Shown: positions 52,087 to 64,000 of the stretch, piece after piece | Layout of the letters: the number at the start of each line of letters is the position of its first letter | Numbering within the stretch: position 1 is the first letter of the stretch | Assembly (NCBI GenBank): GCA_047967505.1 | Contig: CM106538.1 | Reading direction: 5' to 3' (one strand) | DNA from: Dipteris shenzhenensis | Taxonomy: Eukaryota | Length of the DNA: 64,000 bases | Notes under the pieces: model-generated | Told to the model about the DNA's origin: nothing | The model's input: the letters and a program-made list of their open reading frames with translations, nothing else | The model's database searches: none | Position numbers and translations under genes: made by a program

Positions 52087-53447
52087 ACAACACCAAGAAA
52101 CCATTGTGCGGCAACAAATTTTATATAACAAAATGCAGGTGCACCCAGAAACATCGACCAACAATGACACAAGCAACCTCGCCGCCACAAGCTCTGGAGG
52201 GACAATAGAATCCGCAAGCAGATTTGACCTTGCAAATGAGATGAACAGAAACAAGAGAAAGGAGGACCTTCAAATCCACCGACACCACCATGAAACAAAT
52301 TTGCCAAACGAAACTTACTACATGCTTTTCAAAAGAATGAATGCTAGCCAACGCCTGATCGTAGAAGACATTATGCTCAAAAAAAGAACACAACCACACA
52401 AACCGTTTTGGTTGTTTATCTCCCGGAACGCAAGCACTGGCAAGACGTTCGTAGCGCAGGTAATCACAGAGGCACTTCGACATCATTACTGACACAGACA
52501 AACATAGGACGTCGACCTCCCCAAAGCGCTATTATTGGCATACACAGGGAAAGCAGCCCGAACAATTGGCGGAAGCACAATGCATGCAGCACTCCATCTG
52601 CCGCTGGTAACAAGCACATACACGTGCCTTTCATCGGAAAAACTGCAAGCCTTGGCTGCGCAATACAAAGACGTGGGACTAATAATGATAGACAAAGTTT
52701 CCCTCCTCGGTCTGAACACTTTCCTAGCGGCAGATATGCGCATGCGAGAAATAAAACACAATCACGACGAACCCCTGTGCTGAGGTGGCAGAAGTGGTCA
52801 CATGAAGTGACTGTGGAGCACTGTGAGTGCCCTCAGAGGTCCAAGACAATAGCAAGAAAGCACATGACACAAGGGAAAGAGGCTGCAGCAAGACAATAGC
52901 AATACCGGACGACCCCAGGAAAACCTCCGGGCTCCACTCCGAACTACGACTGAAGCCAAGCATGATTATCGAAGTGTGCTCCGGCAACCTCGACATACAA
53001 GATGGGATTGTCAACGGCGCAGACGGTGTATTCAAAGACTCGACCATCAACACAAAACCTTTCCTCATATGGGTTGAATTTAATGACAACAAGGCATGGA
53101 CGAAAGCTCACTACGAAAATAGGCGCTTTTACGATGCAGGGAGGCTTGCGACATGGACACCGATCCAGCAAATCAGCCATGAGTTCCAGATAGGCAGCAA
53201 CGAACAAAACACAATGACAAGGATGCAACTCCCCATCCAACCAGCTGCTGGAAGAACCATCCACCGTCTGCAAGGACTAACCATGGACGCTGTCGCGTTC
53301 GATCCCGCTGGGGTAAAAACACATGGCCTAATATACACAGCTCTTTCTCGAGTCCGGGATCCAACCAACCTTTACTTGCTCTCCAAACTGCAAAGTAAGC
53401 AAATCAAAGTGGATCCAGCAATCCTCCAAGAATTAAAACGATTGTGA
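52087..53447 (+). pseudogene. Helitron PIF1-family helicase, decayed
   Basis: MNASQR, ASTGKT (Walker A), AYTGKAARTIGGSTMH, IDKVSL, NLDIQDGIVNGADG, RMQLPIQPAAGRTIHRLQGLT, YTALSRV. The central part is deleted. Confidence 0.92.
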
Positions 53448-53480
53448 GAACACTCCACTCGGACGTTCGACCAAGTGGAC

Positions 53481-54025
53481 TGTGAAAAACCAGACTTTTC
53501 GAGAATGCAAATGTGTGCAATGCATGCAGAATTTGAATGCCAATTGGCCCTCCAATGGGGAAAAGCGCCCTCGTGAGAGTACTTGTTTCTATTTTTACCT
53601 ACATGCAAGGTGGGAGAGAGATGGCGCATGAATGCAATGTGGTAGAGAGAATGCTACGTGAGATTCACAACCCTTTCATTAATGTCCCTTGAGATTACTC
53701 AAGTTCCATCTTCCCATTTACACCTACCCTTATCCTAAGACCCATGCAGCTACCATTCAATGCACTCTAAATGCATCCTTTCCCTTTCCTATTGCCCCTA
53801 GGACCTAGACACATGTGTGCACATCTTTATTACAATCATTGGCCAATGTTACATAGTTTTGGCAGTACTATTTACACCACTTTTACATAGTTTTGGCGGT
53901 ACTATTTACACCGCTTGATCGATCATAAATACAAACATATAACCGCACCATCAAATTGGCGCCTAACAATAATAAGGTTCTAATGACTATCAATTAACTA
54001 AATAATCATTTCTCTTGTCATGACA
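53481..54025 (-). repeat. 3' LTR
   Basis: Direct repeat of 61534-62057. Confidence 0.95.
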
Positions 54026-55290
54026 CTCCCTCCTGCTTGAATGAGCAGAAGTCCTCTTCTGGATATTGCTTGTCTCTTCCCCTTACGTGCACTTTCTCTT
54101 GTTACTTCTACAATTGCATCGCCTCTTTATAATCTGCTAGTATCTGTGGAAAATCTATAAAGAACTCTTCTTCCATCCATTGTGCATCACTAGCTGGCTG
54201 GTTTTTAAACTTCAGTAAATACATATATCTCTTCTTTCCACGAGTACTCTTCTCTTTATGGTACACGATATGTTCCAAAGTAAGACCTTCAGTCCCATCT
54301 TCAGTCCCATCTTCAAGTTTAGGTTCTTATTGATGCTGAGTATCCAAAAACGCAGAAGTATCACCATGGTATCTCTTCAAATTGCTCACATGAAAGATAT
54401 TCTTCATACGCCAGTGGGCTGGTAATTTCAGCTCATACGCTCTAGATCCTTCTTCTGGATAAAAAGTTGCTGAAATCTGAAATGGACCATAAAACTTCGG
54501 TGCTAACTTGACATGTTTTGTACTTCCTCTCATTGACTTGATTCTTCTTTTATCAATCTTCAGTAAAACCCAATCATCCTCCTTGTAATAAACTTCTTTT
54601 CTTTTTTTATTGGCTGCCTTGGATTGTTGAATCTGGGCCTTCTTAATATGTTCTTTTACCTGCTCAATAACCTGTGACATATCCTCAGCAAACTGGTCAG
54701 CAACAAAAATTCGCTCCCCCAAGTGTGTTATTGGAGTAGGTAAACATTGCCCATAGATGATTTCAAATGGGGCTTTCTTGGTGGAAGTATGTACAATGTT
54801 ATTATAAGCAAACTCTAACATGGGTAAGAACTCTGGCCACCTTCTAGGTTGGTCATGGACATGAGCTCGAAGTACAGTAATTATGGTTTGATTGGCATTC
54901 TCACTTTGTCCATCTCCTTGAGGATGGAAGGCTGTAGTAAATTTCAGTTTGGTTCCGAGATTCTCTAATAGGGCTGTCCAAAAGTTGCTAATAAAACAGT
55001 CATCATTATCAGATACAATAGATTTTGGTAACCCATGTAACCTAAAGGGAAACAGGAGCAGACAACTCCTTTTTATAGGGAATAAAATAAGCTTGTTTAC
55101 TTAGCCTATCTATAACAGTGAGAATCTACTCAAACTGACCAACCTTGGGGAAACTTGACACAAAATCCATTGTAATGTGTTCCCACCTTTCCGAGGGAAT
55201 AGGCAAAGGCTGCAAAAGACCAGCAGTCTTACTTGTGTCAGATTTAATGCGTTGACATACGTCACATTGTTGAACAAAGGTCGAAACTAC

Positions 55291-56985
55291 TGGAAACTTC
55301 ATTGCGAAGTATAGGCCAATGGAAATATCTCTCAATATTGTCAATGGTCCCTCTAATGCCTCTATGTCCAGAATATGGACTAGCATGAAACCGGCCTCTA
55401 ATCACTCACAGGGCAGTGGAACTAAGCCTTTAATCACTTCAGCACTTATTTACAGCTCACAAAGCATATATCACAACCATTAACCGTTGCATGATCACCA
55501 TTTGGCATTTACCCATTTGTTCACAAACAAAACCACTAAAAAAGGGATGGAGGCTAGAATGCCCCTACTCAACAGACATAGACAAGTGCACCCGATTGGC
55601 CCCAAACACCGTGGCGCCCCTTTCGGTATTTCTTTATATTTCACAGTGAAATGATTACAAGTTGCATCTGGGAGACCTTCCCTGCAACTGAGCACGCACC
55701 CCCAATTCACTAAGCCTTCGCAAGGCTTTCAAGCATAGAACACCATCACATAAGTGCACTTAACCCATAGGCTCAACCCAAAGGCATTCTCTTTTCCGAG
55801 TGCAATTCCATTGGCTGTCCAGATGCAATCACACTGCACCCCAGCTGCACTCTCTTTGAGTGGTTTCCAAATGGCATTCACAAAGCTTTTCAAAGCTCCA
55901 AAATAAAATCAGCAAAGTATCCAACCAAAGAATGACTCATGTAGCACTGCCTGGGCACCTGTGAGCCAAGAAAGAGGCGGCACACGAGGCCAACCAATAG
56001 CTTATGGCAAAAAGAAATTGCAGTAGCAAAATCACAACTCACCAACCCCTAAACACTCGAACCAAGTCCTCAATCCCCAAGAGGACATAGTAGCCAATGC
56101 CCAATTGCATTCTCAGCCAAAGAGGAGTGCAAAGGCATGAAGAAAGAGCATTTACAAGAGCCGACCAGCAAGAATTCCACTGAAAATGCGAAAAGAAGCA
56201 CTTCTGTCGCGAAGAAGTGGGAGTTCTTGGGCTCAAAAGAAGCGTGCTTCAGAGAGGAATGCATTGAGAAGGTTTTGGAGAAGTTTCATCGCCGGAAAGT
56301 CCTCCAAAACTGAGAAAAACTAGTCAACCAGTGCGTGGGACCACTTGAAATTCAACAGAAAGCTGTAGCTTTGCAAGAGGAGAGGCCCACGAGGCAGTAG
56401 AAGCAAAAAGGTCCAAAAAAAGCCACTTTTGCAAATTCGACCAGCAAAAGAAGTGCTCAGCTCTGCTCGTTCTACCAAACGCACGGAGGGAAAAGCATAT
56501 CACTACGAAGGGGAGGCAGAGGGGAAGCCATCGGGCCAAACGGAAGTCGAGGAATCCAAACGGGTGAGGAGTTATGAAGAAAAACGGAATTCAGCTGAAG
56601 GAGGCTGAAAAACCAGTCCAAAATCTCAACAAAGGGAGAAGATGAGAGAGAAAACCACACATGTGAAGTTTAGAAGGCCCAGGAAGGTCCAGGAATGGCA
56701 AAGGAGCATGTAGAAGGCACTAGAGCCACCTGGAACTCTAGGGGAGCCACTGAAGGTACATGGCCCTCTAGGGGGCCCATTAAAAATGCCACATCATCAT
56801 TTCCCAACAACCACTCTTTTAATTCCTTGGAATGCCTTTGGGCCTAGGGATTAATTACGCTTATGTGCTAGGCACCATGCCGCGTTTAATTACACATTAT
56901 TAAGCCCACGCTTGGACTTTTAAAACCAAAGTTGTCACGGTCTTGTAGTACATTAAAGTACTTAGAATTTCACGCCCCCGTGACA
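55291..56985 (-). mobile_element. Probable solo LTR (about 1.7 kb) inserted in the integrase zinc finger
   Basis: Non-coding block with TG...CA ends (tgtcacgggg...gtttcca on the minus strand) between SELHA and VVSTFVQQCDVC. Flanks differ (no TSD) and host codons are missing. Confidence 0.6.
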
Positions 56986-57857
56986 AGCATGTAACTCACT
57001 CATGACTAGATACCGAAATGTTTTGGGTACACATATGGCACGTCCCAATAATAAGTATCCATCCACGATGGAATAAGCCTCTAAACCCCCAACCTCATTA
57101 CGCTGAATCTTCCCATAAATGTCAGCGAAGTCCTCATCTAAAGGATAAGCTTCAACCCTTGCTCCTAATGATTTCTCCTTAATCGCAGAAATGTGATTAA
57201 CTTGGGGCCATCTACTCATTGCATCAGCTACTAAATTCTCCTTTCCTGGCTATTTGATTGCCCAAAGGATTGAATATATTCAGCCCATTTGATTTGCCTT
57301 GAAGAAACAATGGGTTGAGAAAACAAGTGCTTGATACTTTGATGGTCAGTCTTAATCTTGAAAGCAGAACCATATAAATAATGCTTCCATAACTTTAAAG
57401 CATGAATGACTACCAGTAACTTCTTCTCATACGTGATATATTTCAATTCAGCCCCTAGAAGTTTTCTACTCTCATAAGCAATGGGATGCCCTCCTTGCAT
57501 CAACACTGCCCCAATCGAGGTACCACTCGCATCCGTACATACAACAAAGAACTCTTTGTCCATGTCTGGAAGTGTTAACACTGGTGCAGTGACCAATGTT
57601 CTCTTAAGCTCCTCAAAAGCTACTTGGTGAACCTCTCCCCACTCATACAAGGAATGCTTCTTCAACAAATCTATTAGTGGAGAAGCAAGACGTGCAAAAT
57701 TCTTAATGAATCTGCGATAATAACTATACATCCCTGGGAAGGATCTCAACTCATGTATATTTTTGGGTATTGGCCATTCAATTATGGCCTTGACCTTTTT
57801 AGGGTCAACCCGAATTCCCTTAGCAGACACAATGTGTCCCAAATACTCTATTTTTGC

Positions 57858-58645
57858 ATTGAGAGCGGCAGAGCGAAGCGACTACCCAGGGAGACGCGCA
57901 TATGCACACTGTGTGACATGAAGGAGGTTGAGACAGAGGAGCATTTCATCTTCAGGTGTCCTGTGTACTATGAGATCCGAGGGTGTTTCCACTACCTCTT
58001 CAAGGATAGTTATGGGATTTTGGCCTGTTTCCTCTCCTACCTAGACCAGCGGTGTTTGGCAGGTTTCATTCATGAGGCACTTAGACACCGTGAGAGGATA
58101 CTTCAAGCACGGAGACAGGAGCAGACTTCTTCCTCTTTCAGCTAGATCACATGGACCCCCACGAGATGAGGCCTCGACATGACCGTGACCCGGAGCCTGT
58201 GACCCGACAGCTTAGACAGAGGATCGACACACAGATCACACTTGGGGACATCCCCTCCTTTCGAGTCGGAGCCCGACCGACGAGGGTCACAGTAGCCCTG
58301 GTCAGACACAGAGCTACGACCAACAGACGTGCCAGGACCGCACCTCTGAGTGGCCGACAGCGCTCTATTGCCGACTTCATGCCTCCACTGCCATCCATCC
58401 TGATATCTTGCTGTTGCCGATGATGATGATGATATTGATGACGATGCTAAGACTGATATATAGTCGACCATCGACATGACTATGTTGTACTTAGGACTTA
58501 GCACTGCCATTCTGCATTTTGCATTGGTATGGACACTTGTTTAGTAGCTCCACTACCACAGCTTATTGTATCAGGATTTTCACACTCTCATAGACCCATC
58601 GGTCTTCCGAAGACTTTAATAAACTTTCTTTCTTTCTTTCTTCTT
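57858..58645 (+). mobile_element. 5'-truncated RTE-X-like LINE inserted in the Gypsy RT
   Basis: IESGRAKRLPRETRICTLCDMKEVETEEHFIFRCPVYYEIRG. Same 3' terminus (ctcatagacc...gaagactttaataaac(tttc)n) as 13171-13229. Splits FLNTKK from KIEYLGHIV. Confidence 0.9.
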
Positions 58646-61533
58646 CTTGGTATTTAGGAACAATAGATCCTTCCTTAGGAGCTCCATCACCTTAGCAAGG
58701 TCATCCTTATGCTCTTTCTCATTCTGGCTAAAAACTAAAATGTCGTCAAAGAAGACTATGACAAATTTTCCTAAGTAGGGTTGCAAAACCCTTTTCTTCA
58801 GTCTACTAAAAGTGGCTGGAGCATTAGTTAGGCCAAAAGGCATGACCAAAAACTCATAATGTCCAGTCTTATGTTCATCCCTAGCTTTCATATGAAGTTG
58901 ATGATAACCAGATTTCAAATCCAATTTGCTAAAAACTTTAGCACCTTTAAGCATATCCAATAAATCATCCACTCTTGGAATCGGATACTAGTTCTTAATC
59001 GTAAGTTTATTCAAAGCACGGTAATCTATACACATACGATATGATCCATCAAGAAAGGATGAATAGTAGGATTAAAATCATACTGCCATGGTTTACCTAG
59101 AATCATGTCAACGTCTTGTAAAGGAACTACTAGAAAATCCCTTCGATCTCTATGCCACCTTAGTTAGCTGAGTTTGGTTTGAGACCCATATATAGGGTTC
59201 ACCTATTCTTTTGTACTACGAAAAGGAATATTCCGTACTATGGATGTGTCTTCTTCATTGTGTCCCCTAAAAGCTCCTGAGAGCGACATGTTTTTTATAG
59301 GTTCTGGTTTAAAATAGAGTAAATTTACCAATCTATCACTCACTAAGTCATAATTACATCCATCGTCTAGGAGCACCACTATTCTCTATCCATTCATGAA
59401 TCCATACACCTTAAAAAGATCATGACGCCCAAAGGTATTGGCTGAATGGACAGCATTCACTATTGGCTCAATAGTCACGGTAGATTTCGAGGGTGACAAG
59501 GTAGAAGCCTCACCCTCCTGCTTGGATGCCCTCCTGCTTGGATGCCTTGGCTTTCCCTTTTACTGAATTCGTCTTGGCAATCTTAGCCAAGAGAACAGGA
59601 CACTTATGCCATACGTGCCCTGGCTTATGTTTCTTACACCCAAAACATTTTCCTTCCTTAATCAACTTCCTCTTCTCTTCATCCGTCATAGAAGGAAATG
59701 ACACCCATCCAGGACGTGATTGGCTGTTCACATTTCTTACAAGAGCTTTACCCTTCCCTTTATCATTCTTAAACCGGTTTGGTTTCCTGAAAGTGGTCTT
59801 AAATGATGACCCACCCTCCTTATTGAAGGGTTTACGAGGATTCAATTTCCTCTCGGCTATTTCAGCCAGCTTAGTGAGGTCCTTAAGCGTGGTCGGGTTA
59901 AACATTTCAACCTCGTACCTTACTTTTGGGCTTAAGGCTGCTAAATACTTCTTTCTCCTATCTTCCTCACTCTTTTCAAGTAACTCTAGAGAGAGTTTCC
60001 AAAATCTGGCTGTAAAATCTGCATTACTCTCATTATCGAACTGCCTAAACCTCTCCCAACGAAAGGTTAGGTTCTCTTCATGTCTCGGTGGCATGAAAGT
60101 GGCTTTCAGTTGCTCCACGAACTTAGCCCATTCATGAATAGGCTCTTTTTCTGTTTGTGACAAAGACCACCACATTAGAGCATCCTTCTGCGGATGCAAT
60201 TTGGCAAGAGCAAGCTTCTCTTGCTCAGTCTTGTCTTGATGGGCAAAGTATAGCTCAAAATGGCAAATCCAATTGAGTATTTTGTCAGCCTTCCTTGCCC
60301 CATCATATTTGGGGAGCTCAATTCTCTCTCGCGGTTGGAATTTGGACCTCTTAGAAGGGGTACTCAACTCTTCATCCCCAAAGTTTAAAGTCCTCTTAGT
60401 CCCTAATCTTGTCATAATGGACTGCTCAATCATATTGCTAAGCTGGAAAATCAGCTTATCAACAAGAGTCTCCTCTCTTCCTCTTGCACTTGGATTATAA
60501 TCCATTTGTGTTGGGTTTTAAGTTGAAGGCGTAAACTCATCATCTTGTTCTTGGCTAGTCTCATTTCTTCTTTCATTACGAAAGGAGAACTCCCTATCAA
60601 GAGGTTCTTGAAGGAGAGACTGCTATAAATCTATTTGTGGGTTATCTTACTCAAGATGTGTGTAACTCTCACCTAATCCATCCTCTTCAGAAGGGGGTGA
60701 AGGTGTTCTTTCTCTCTCTCCTTGGGGTAATGGAGGAAAAGGAATAAGTTCATTGTTATATCTCCCTTCCCCTTCCATTCTTTCCTTTTAGTAATACAAG
60801 AGAGAAAATGACTTGCTGTAATTTCAAAAAAGGGGTTTATTTTACAACAAAAGTCAAGTGTTGTAGAGTTGGTAGTACTTATCCGACTCCCGCTTCGTTT
60901 CTGTTGAGAAAACACTTAAAATGACCTCCTCTTCCTTCTCATTTAAGCTTTTCTTCTTGTATTTCTGCTGTTAACTGGTACACTCTGTTTGGGCTACTTG
61001 TTTTGAGCGTATTGGAGCTCTAGATACCGTCATAGGGGGTACTTAATGGGTGGATCACCTCCTTAAAATCTTGTTTCGATCCGACTTTCCGTTGGGAAGA
61101 ACGGGGGCATCCCTTTTCCTCACGGTTTAAGGATTTTAAGGGTACATTCACACCCCCCCCGGGGGAGGGGGGGGGCACCGTTCAAGACCAAAAGTTTTCA
61201 GAAAAATCCCTTGAATCAGAACCTCAAGAATTCAGGGTTGGTCGAGAAGGAGGTGTTTGCCTCGAGAATTCAGGGTTGGTCGGGGAGGAGATGTTTGCAG
61301 TCTGGAGAGTTTGCTCAGTCTGGAGAGTTTGCTGCAATGATTTCGTCGTCGGGATTCATTGTTTCGTGTTCCCCGTCCGCGCCTTCTCCTGCGACTTCCG
61401 TGCCTTCTCCTGCCGTCCTTCGCGACAGTCACAGGCCGTGCCTTTCCCACACTAGTGCTTCCACCACAATTCTGCACGTTGCTCTCACCCTCTTCTCGTC
61501 CCGCTCGTGGACCGTTGCCGCTGTGATACCAAA

Positions 61534-62057
61534 TGTGAAAAACCAGACTTTTCAAGAATGCAAATGTATGCAATGCATGCAAAATTTGAATGCCAGTTGG
61601 CCCTCGAATGGGGAAGAGCGCCCTCATGAGAGTACTTGTTTCTATTTCGACCTACATGCAAGGTGGGAGAGAGATGGCGGATGAATGCAATGTGGTAGAG
61701 AGAATGCTACGTGAGATTCACAATGAAAGGCTAATACCCTTTCATTAATGTCCCTTGAGATCACTCAAGTTCCATCTTCCCATTTACACCTACCCTTATC
61801 CTATGACCCATGCACCTACCATTCAATGCACTCTAATGCACCCTTTCCCTTTCCTATTGCCTCTAGGACCTAGACACGTGTGTGCACATCTTTATTGCTA
61901 ATCATTGGCCAATGTTGCATAGTTTTGGCAGTACTATTTACACCGCTTGATCGATCATAAATACAAACATATAACCGCACCATCAAATTGGCGCCTGACA
62001 ATAATAAGGTTCTAATGACTATTGATTAACTAAATAATCATTCCTCTTGTCATGACA
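61534..62057 (-). repeat. 5' LTR
   Basis: Adjacent to the PBS. Confidence 0.95.
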
Positions 62058-62199
62058 TGGACTTCACGAGCGATATAGCCTTCACCAAAACACTACATTA
62101 CCAAAACAACCGAAATTACCACCCCAGCCACAATTTCACTGCAGACCTAAGACAAATAACATATTCTCCATGGGCAGGCCCCATGAAGTCACTTCACCT

Positions 62200-62533
62200 T
62201 GTTACTTCATGGAAACAATTCGAAGGAGCCAATAATGACTCATCTGAAGTCCGAGGATTGAACACACGAGGATCGAACACACGACAAACACAACGACAAG
62301 ATGACAAAACAAACCGACAAGTCTACTTGCAGTGAGCAGTAGGAATGTTGGTCGTCGGGTGATTATACACAGTGGGAGAGGAGGGGCTTTTTACTTTGTG
62401 GAAACAATTCCAAGGAGCCAATAATGCATCATCTAAAGTTGATCCAAGGATCGAACACACAACACACACAACGACAAGATCACAACACAAACGAACAAGT
62501 CTGCTTGCAGTGAGCAGCAGAAATGTTGGTCGT
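62200..62533 (+). repeat. Diverged direct duplication (about 190-bp period) downstream of the helicase
   Basis: ggaaacaattc.aaggagccaataatg...aggatcgaacacac...gcagtgagcag...aatgttggtcgt occurs twice. Confidence 0.75.
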
Positions 62534-62986
62534 GAAAGAGAGAGGGGGGGAGACACACAGAAACAGAGAGAGAATGTCAAGTTACTTACTATAACAACGA
62601 TGCTAAGACTAAAAAACAAAAGAAGAATCAACGGAAGCACAAGAAAACAAATGAAACCCCAATGCTGCAAGGAAACGAGGTGTAAATATTACAATAGAAT
62701 GTCAAACATCATCGTGGTTGATTGTAGTCTCTGAAAGGGACATAAACCTTGCTGAAATGGTGAAACCAATTGCTACTAATAAAATTCTGTCCGAGGTGAA
62801 TGAAAGTTTTCACCTTCAGAAACTCTAGGTTTCTCATGATTCAGCTAAAGGGACTACTACTGCAGCCAGAAGGCCCTCACACGCATGGCACAGATGTGAA
62901 AAAACAATACAAAAATGGTGGGTGCATACACCTCTGCTCAACTGTGCCAAATCCCAGAATTAAAAAATATATAATGTCAATATCAC

Positions 62987-63104
62987 CTGAAATATGCCAA
63001 CTTGCAAGACTTCTTCCATATCTGTTACCGTTCGATCCAGAGATTCCACCTGTTCAGGTTCTACTGCAAACTTTGAAGGCTCGCTTCTTACTGTGTGAAG
63101 CATT
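62987..63104 (-). CDS. WASHC4: WASHC4 exon
   Basis: tag|A ATG...CAG|gtga, 118 nt, phase 2 to 0. MLHTVRSEPSKFAVEPEQVESLDRTVTDMEEVLQVGIFQ. Confidence 0.85.
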
Positions 63105-63194
63105 CTACAATAACCACAATCCTTGCATTAAATGTGCTTATCTACCGAATGGTCGTATCGAAATTGAGTTTGCCAGGAATTTCCCATTTCAAAC

Positions 63195-63541
63195 CTTATA
63201 AAAAGAGAGATAGCTTGCCCAATTGCCGGATTTTTGGTCACGATCTCATCCACCGTGATGAGTATGCAAAATCCATCTGCCAAGTTTAAAATCACGGTTT
63301 GCAAGTGCACATTTGCAAACGATGCATATCCCTTGTTTTTGCTGTCGCCTGGGTAGATAGCCTCTATTTGTCGCACGAGATTTCCCAAAACAGCTCGTAA
63401 CCTTCCTAAAAACTCAGTAAGATCGTAAAAGAAGAGAAAAGAACGACCAAACATCTTCTGTGGCTCTCCTTCTAAGACCAACTCCTCCGGACCCGTCGAA
63501 AGACCGAATGCGAACAGCTGGGGATAAAAACGCTTGTGGGC
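63195..63541 (-). CDS. WASHC4: WASHC4 exon
   Basis: cag|GCC...ATA AG|gt, 347 nt, phase 0 to 2. AHKRFYPQLFAFGLSTGPEELVLEGEPQKMFGRS...LADGFCILITVDEIVTKNPAIGQAISLFIR. Confidence 0.88.
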
Positions 63542-63690
63542 CTGACGCAGGTAATCAAAAAAACAACCGTTGGAGAAGAAAAGTAGATGAGAACGATAGA
63601 GAGGCCTACAATTGACTTTGGCCTGTAAGCTGCTAGCTTAGCAAAATGAGCGTTTCTTTTAGAAAAATCAAAGGAGTCATATAAAAATAC

Positions 63691-63962
63691 CTGGCGACGG
63701 AGGCGGTCTATCTCAAGGCAATCGTAAGACAACACAGTAATCAACTTGTTGAAAAGAACGTTGTTGGTGTTAACAAGGCTGAGGATGGTTGATGACTCCC
63801 TGGGCTCAGTAGAGATGTGTACAGGATCAGAATTTATGTTGCCCACATCACTACAAACTGCTTCCAACACGTCCCCCTGGATGTCCGTGAATTTCAAGGA
63901 GACCTGGCTCCGCCATTCATCGACAAATCTGCGCAGCTTCTCCTGCTGTTCTTCTACCGTAA
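63691..63962 (-). CDS. WASHC4: WASH complex subunit 4 (SWIP) homologue, first exon visible in the window (start codon probably upstream)
   Basis: Acceptor ttccag at 63963-63968 and donor CAG|GT at 63690. Encodes (V)TVEEQQEKLRRFVDEWRSQ...DPVHISTEP...LVNTNNVLFNKLITVLSYDCLEIDRLRRQ, which I recognise as the plant SWIP N-terminus. Ends in phase 0. Confidence 0.85.
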
Positions 63963-64000
63963 CTGGAAGCAACAAAAACAAGACGATTGGAGCAGAAACT

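Larger units (their letters stand above)
53481..62057 (-). mobile_element. Chromovirus-type Ty3/Gypsy element with two LTRs and nested insertions
   Basis: LTRs 53481-54025 and 61534-62057 (TG...CA). TSD tggac at 53476-53480 and 62058-62062. PBS tggtatcacagc at about 61520-61531. PPT aggagggag at 54026-54034. gag 59510-60505, RT FFDD, RNase H, INT and chromodomain (YLLKFKNQPASDAQW). Confidence 0.95.
31500..62828 (+). mobile_element. Helitron2/Helentron-type rolling-circle transposon, decayed and split by three Gypsy insertions
   Basis: Collinear plus-strand RPA-like gene, Myb-like ORF, Rep and PIF1 helicase. Termini not established: the start is a guess and the end is a candidate hairpin plus CTAG. 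Confidence 0.7.

Noticed and set aside
59526-60137. 203-aa plus-strand ORF
   Set aside because: Antisense shadow of the gag ORF 59510-60505.
62057-62335. ORF after the helicase as a Helentron AP endonuclease
   Set aside because: Its ATG is created by the LTR end and TSD, and no GDFN or SDH motifs are present.
30987-62986. Intron length of exactly 32,000 nt
   Set aside because: Treated as coincidence; both splice junctions and flanks look natural.
63472-63981. 169-aa ORF as a stand-alone gene
   Set aside because: It is a WASHC4 exon read through its splice sites, with a non-ATG start.

Overview
This is eukaryotic plant DNA, probably a fern or other seed-free vascular plant (inferred from its transposon repertoire). 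One host gene runs across the window on the minus strand: a WASH-complex subunit 4 (SWIP/WASHC4) homologue. I traced nine phase-consistent GT-AG exons (1358 nt, about 452 aa) from 63962 down to 9162, and the gene continues beyond both window ends. Its introns are packed with transposons. The last intron (>9 kb) holds a full-length L1 LINE with a 17-bp target-site duplication (TSD). A 19.4-kb intron holds an RTE-X-like LINE, Gypsy and Copia remnants and a Penelope-like retroelement. A 32.0-kb intron holds a Helitron2/Helentron-type element (spliced RPA-like gene, a Myb-like ORF, HUH Rep, PIF1 helicase) split by three chromodomain Gypsy elements, one with further nested insertions. The most unusual item is the endonuclease-less Penelope-like element (about 24341-27345). 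It has Hydra-clade-like RT motifs, an N-terminal RRM resembling plant PTB RRM2, a 3' end abutting an (AG)n tract and a 5' junction to a Gypsy gag fragment. All family calls come from recognising motifs by eye; no searches were run.
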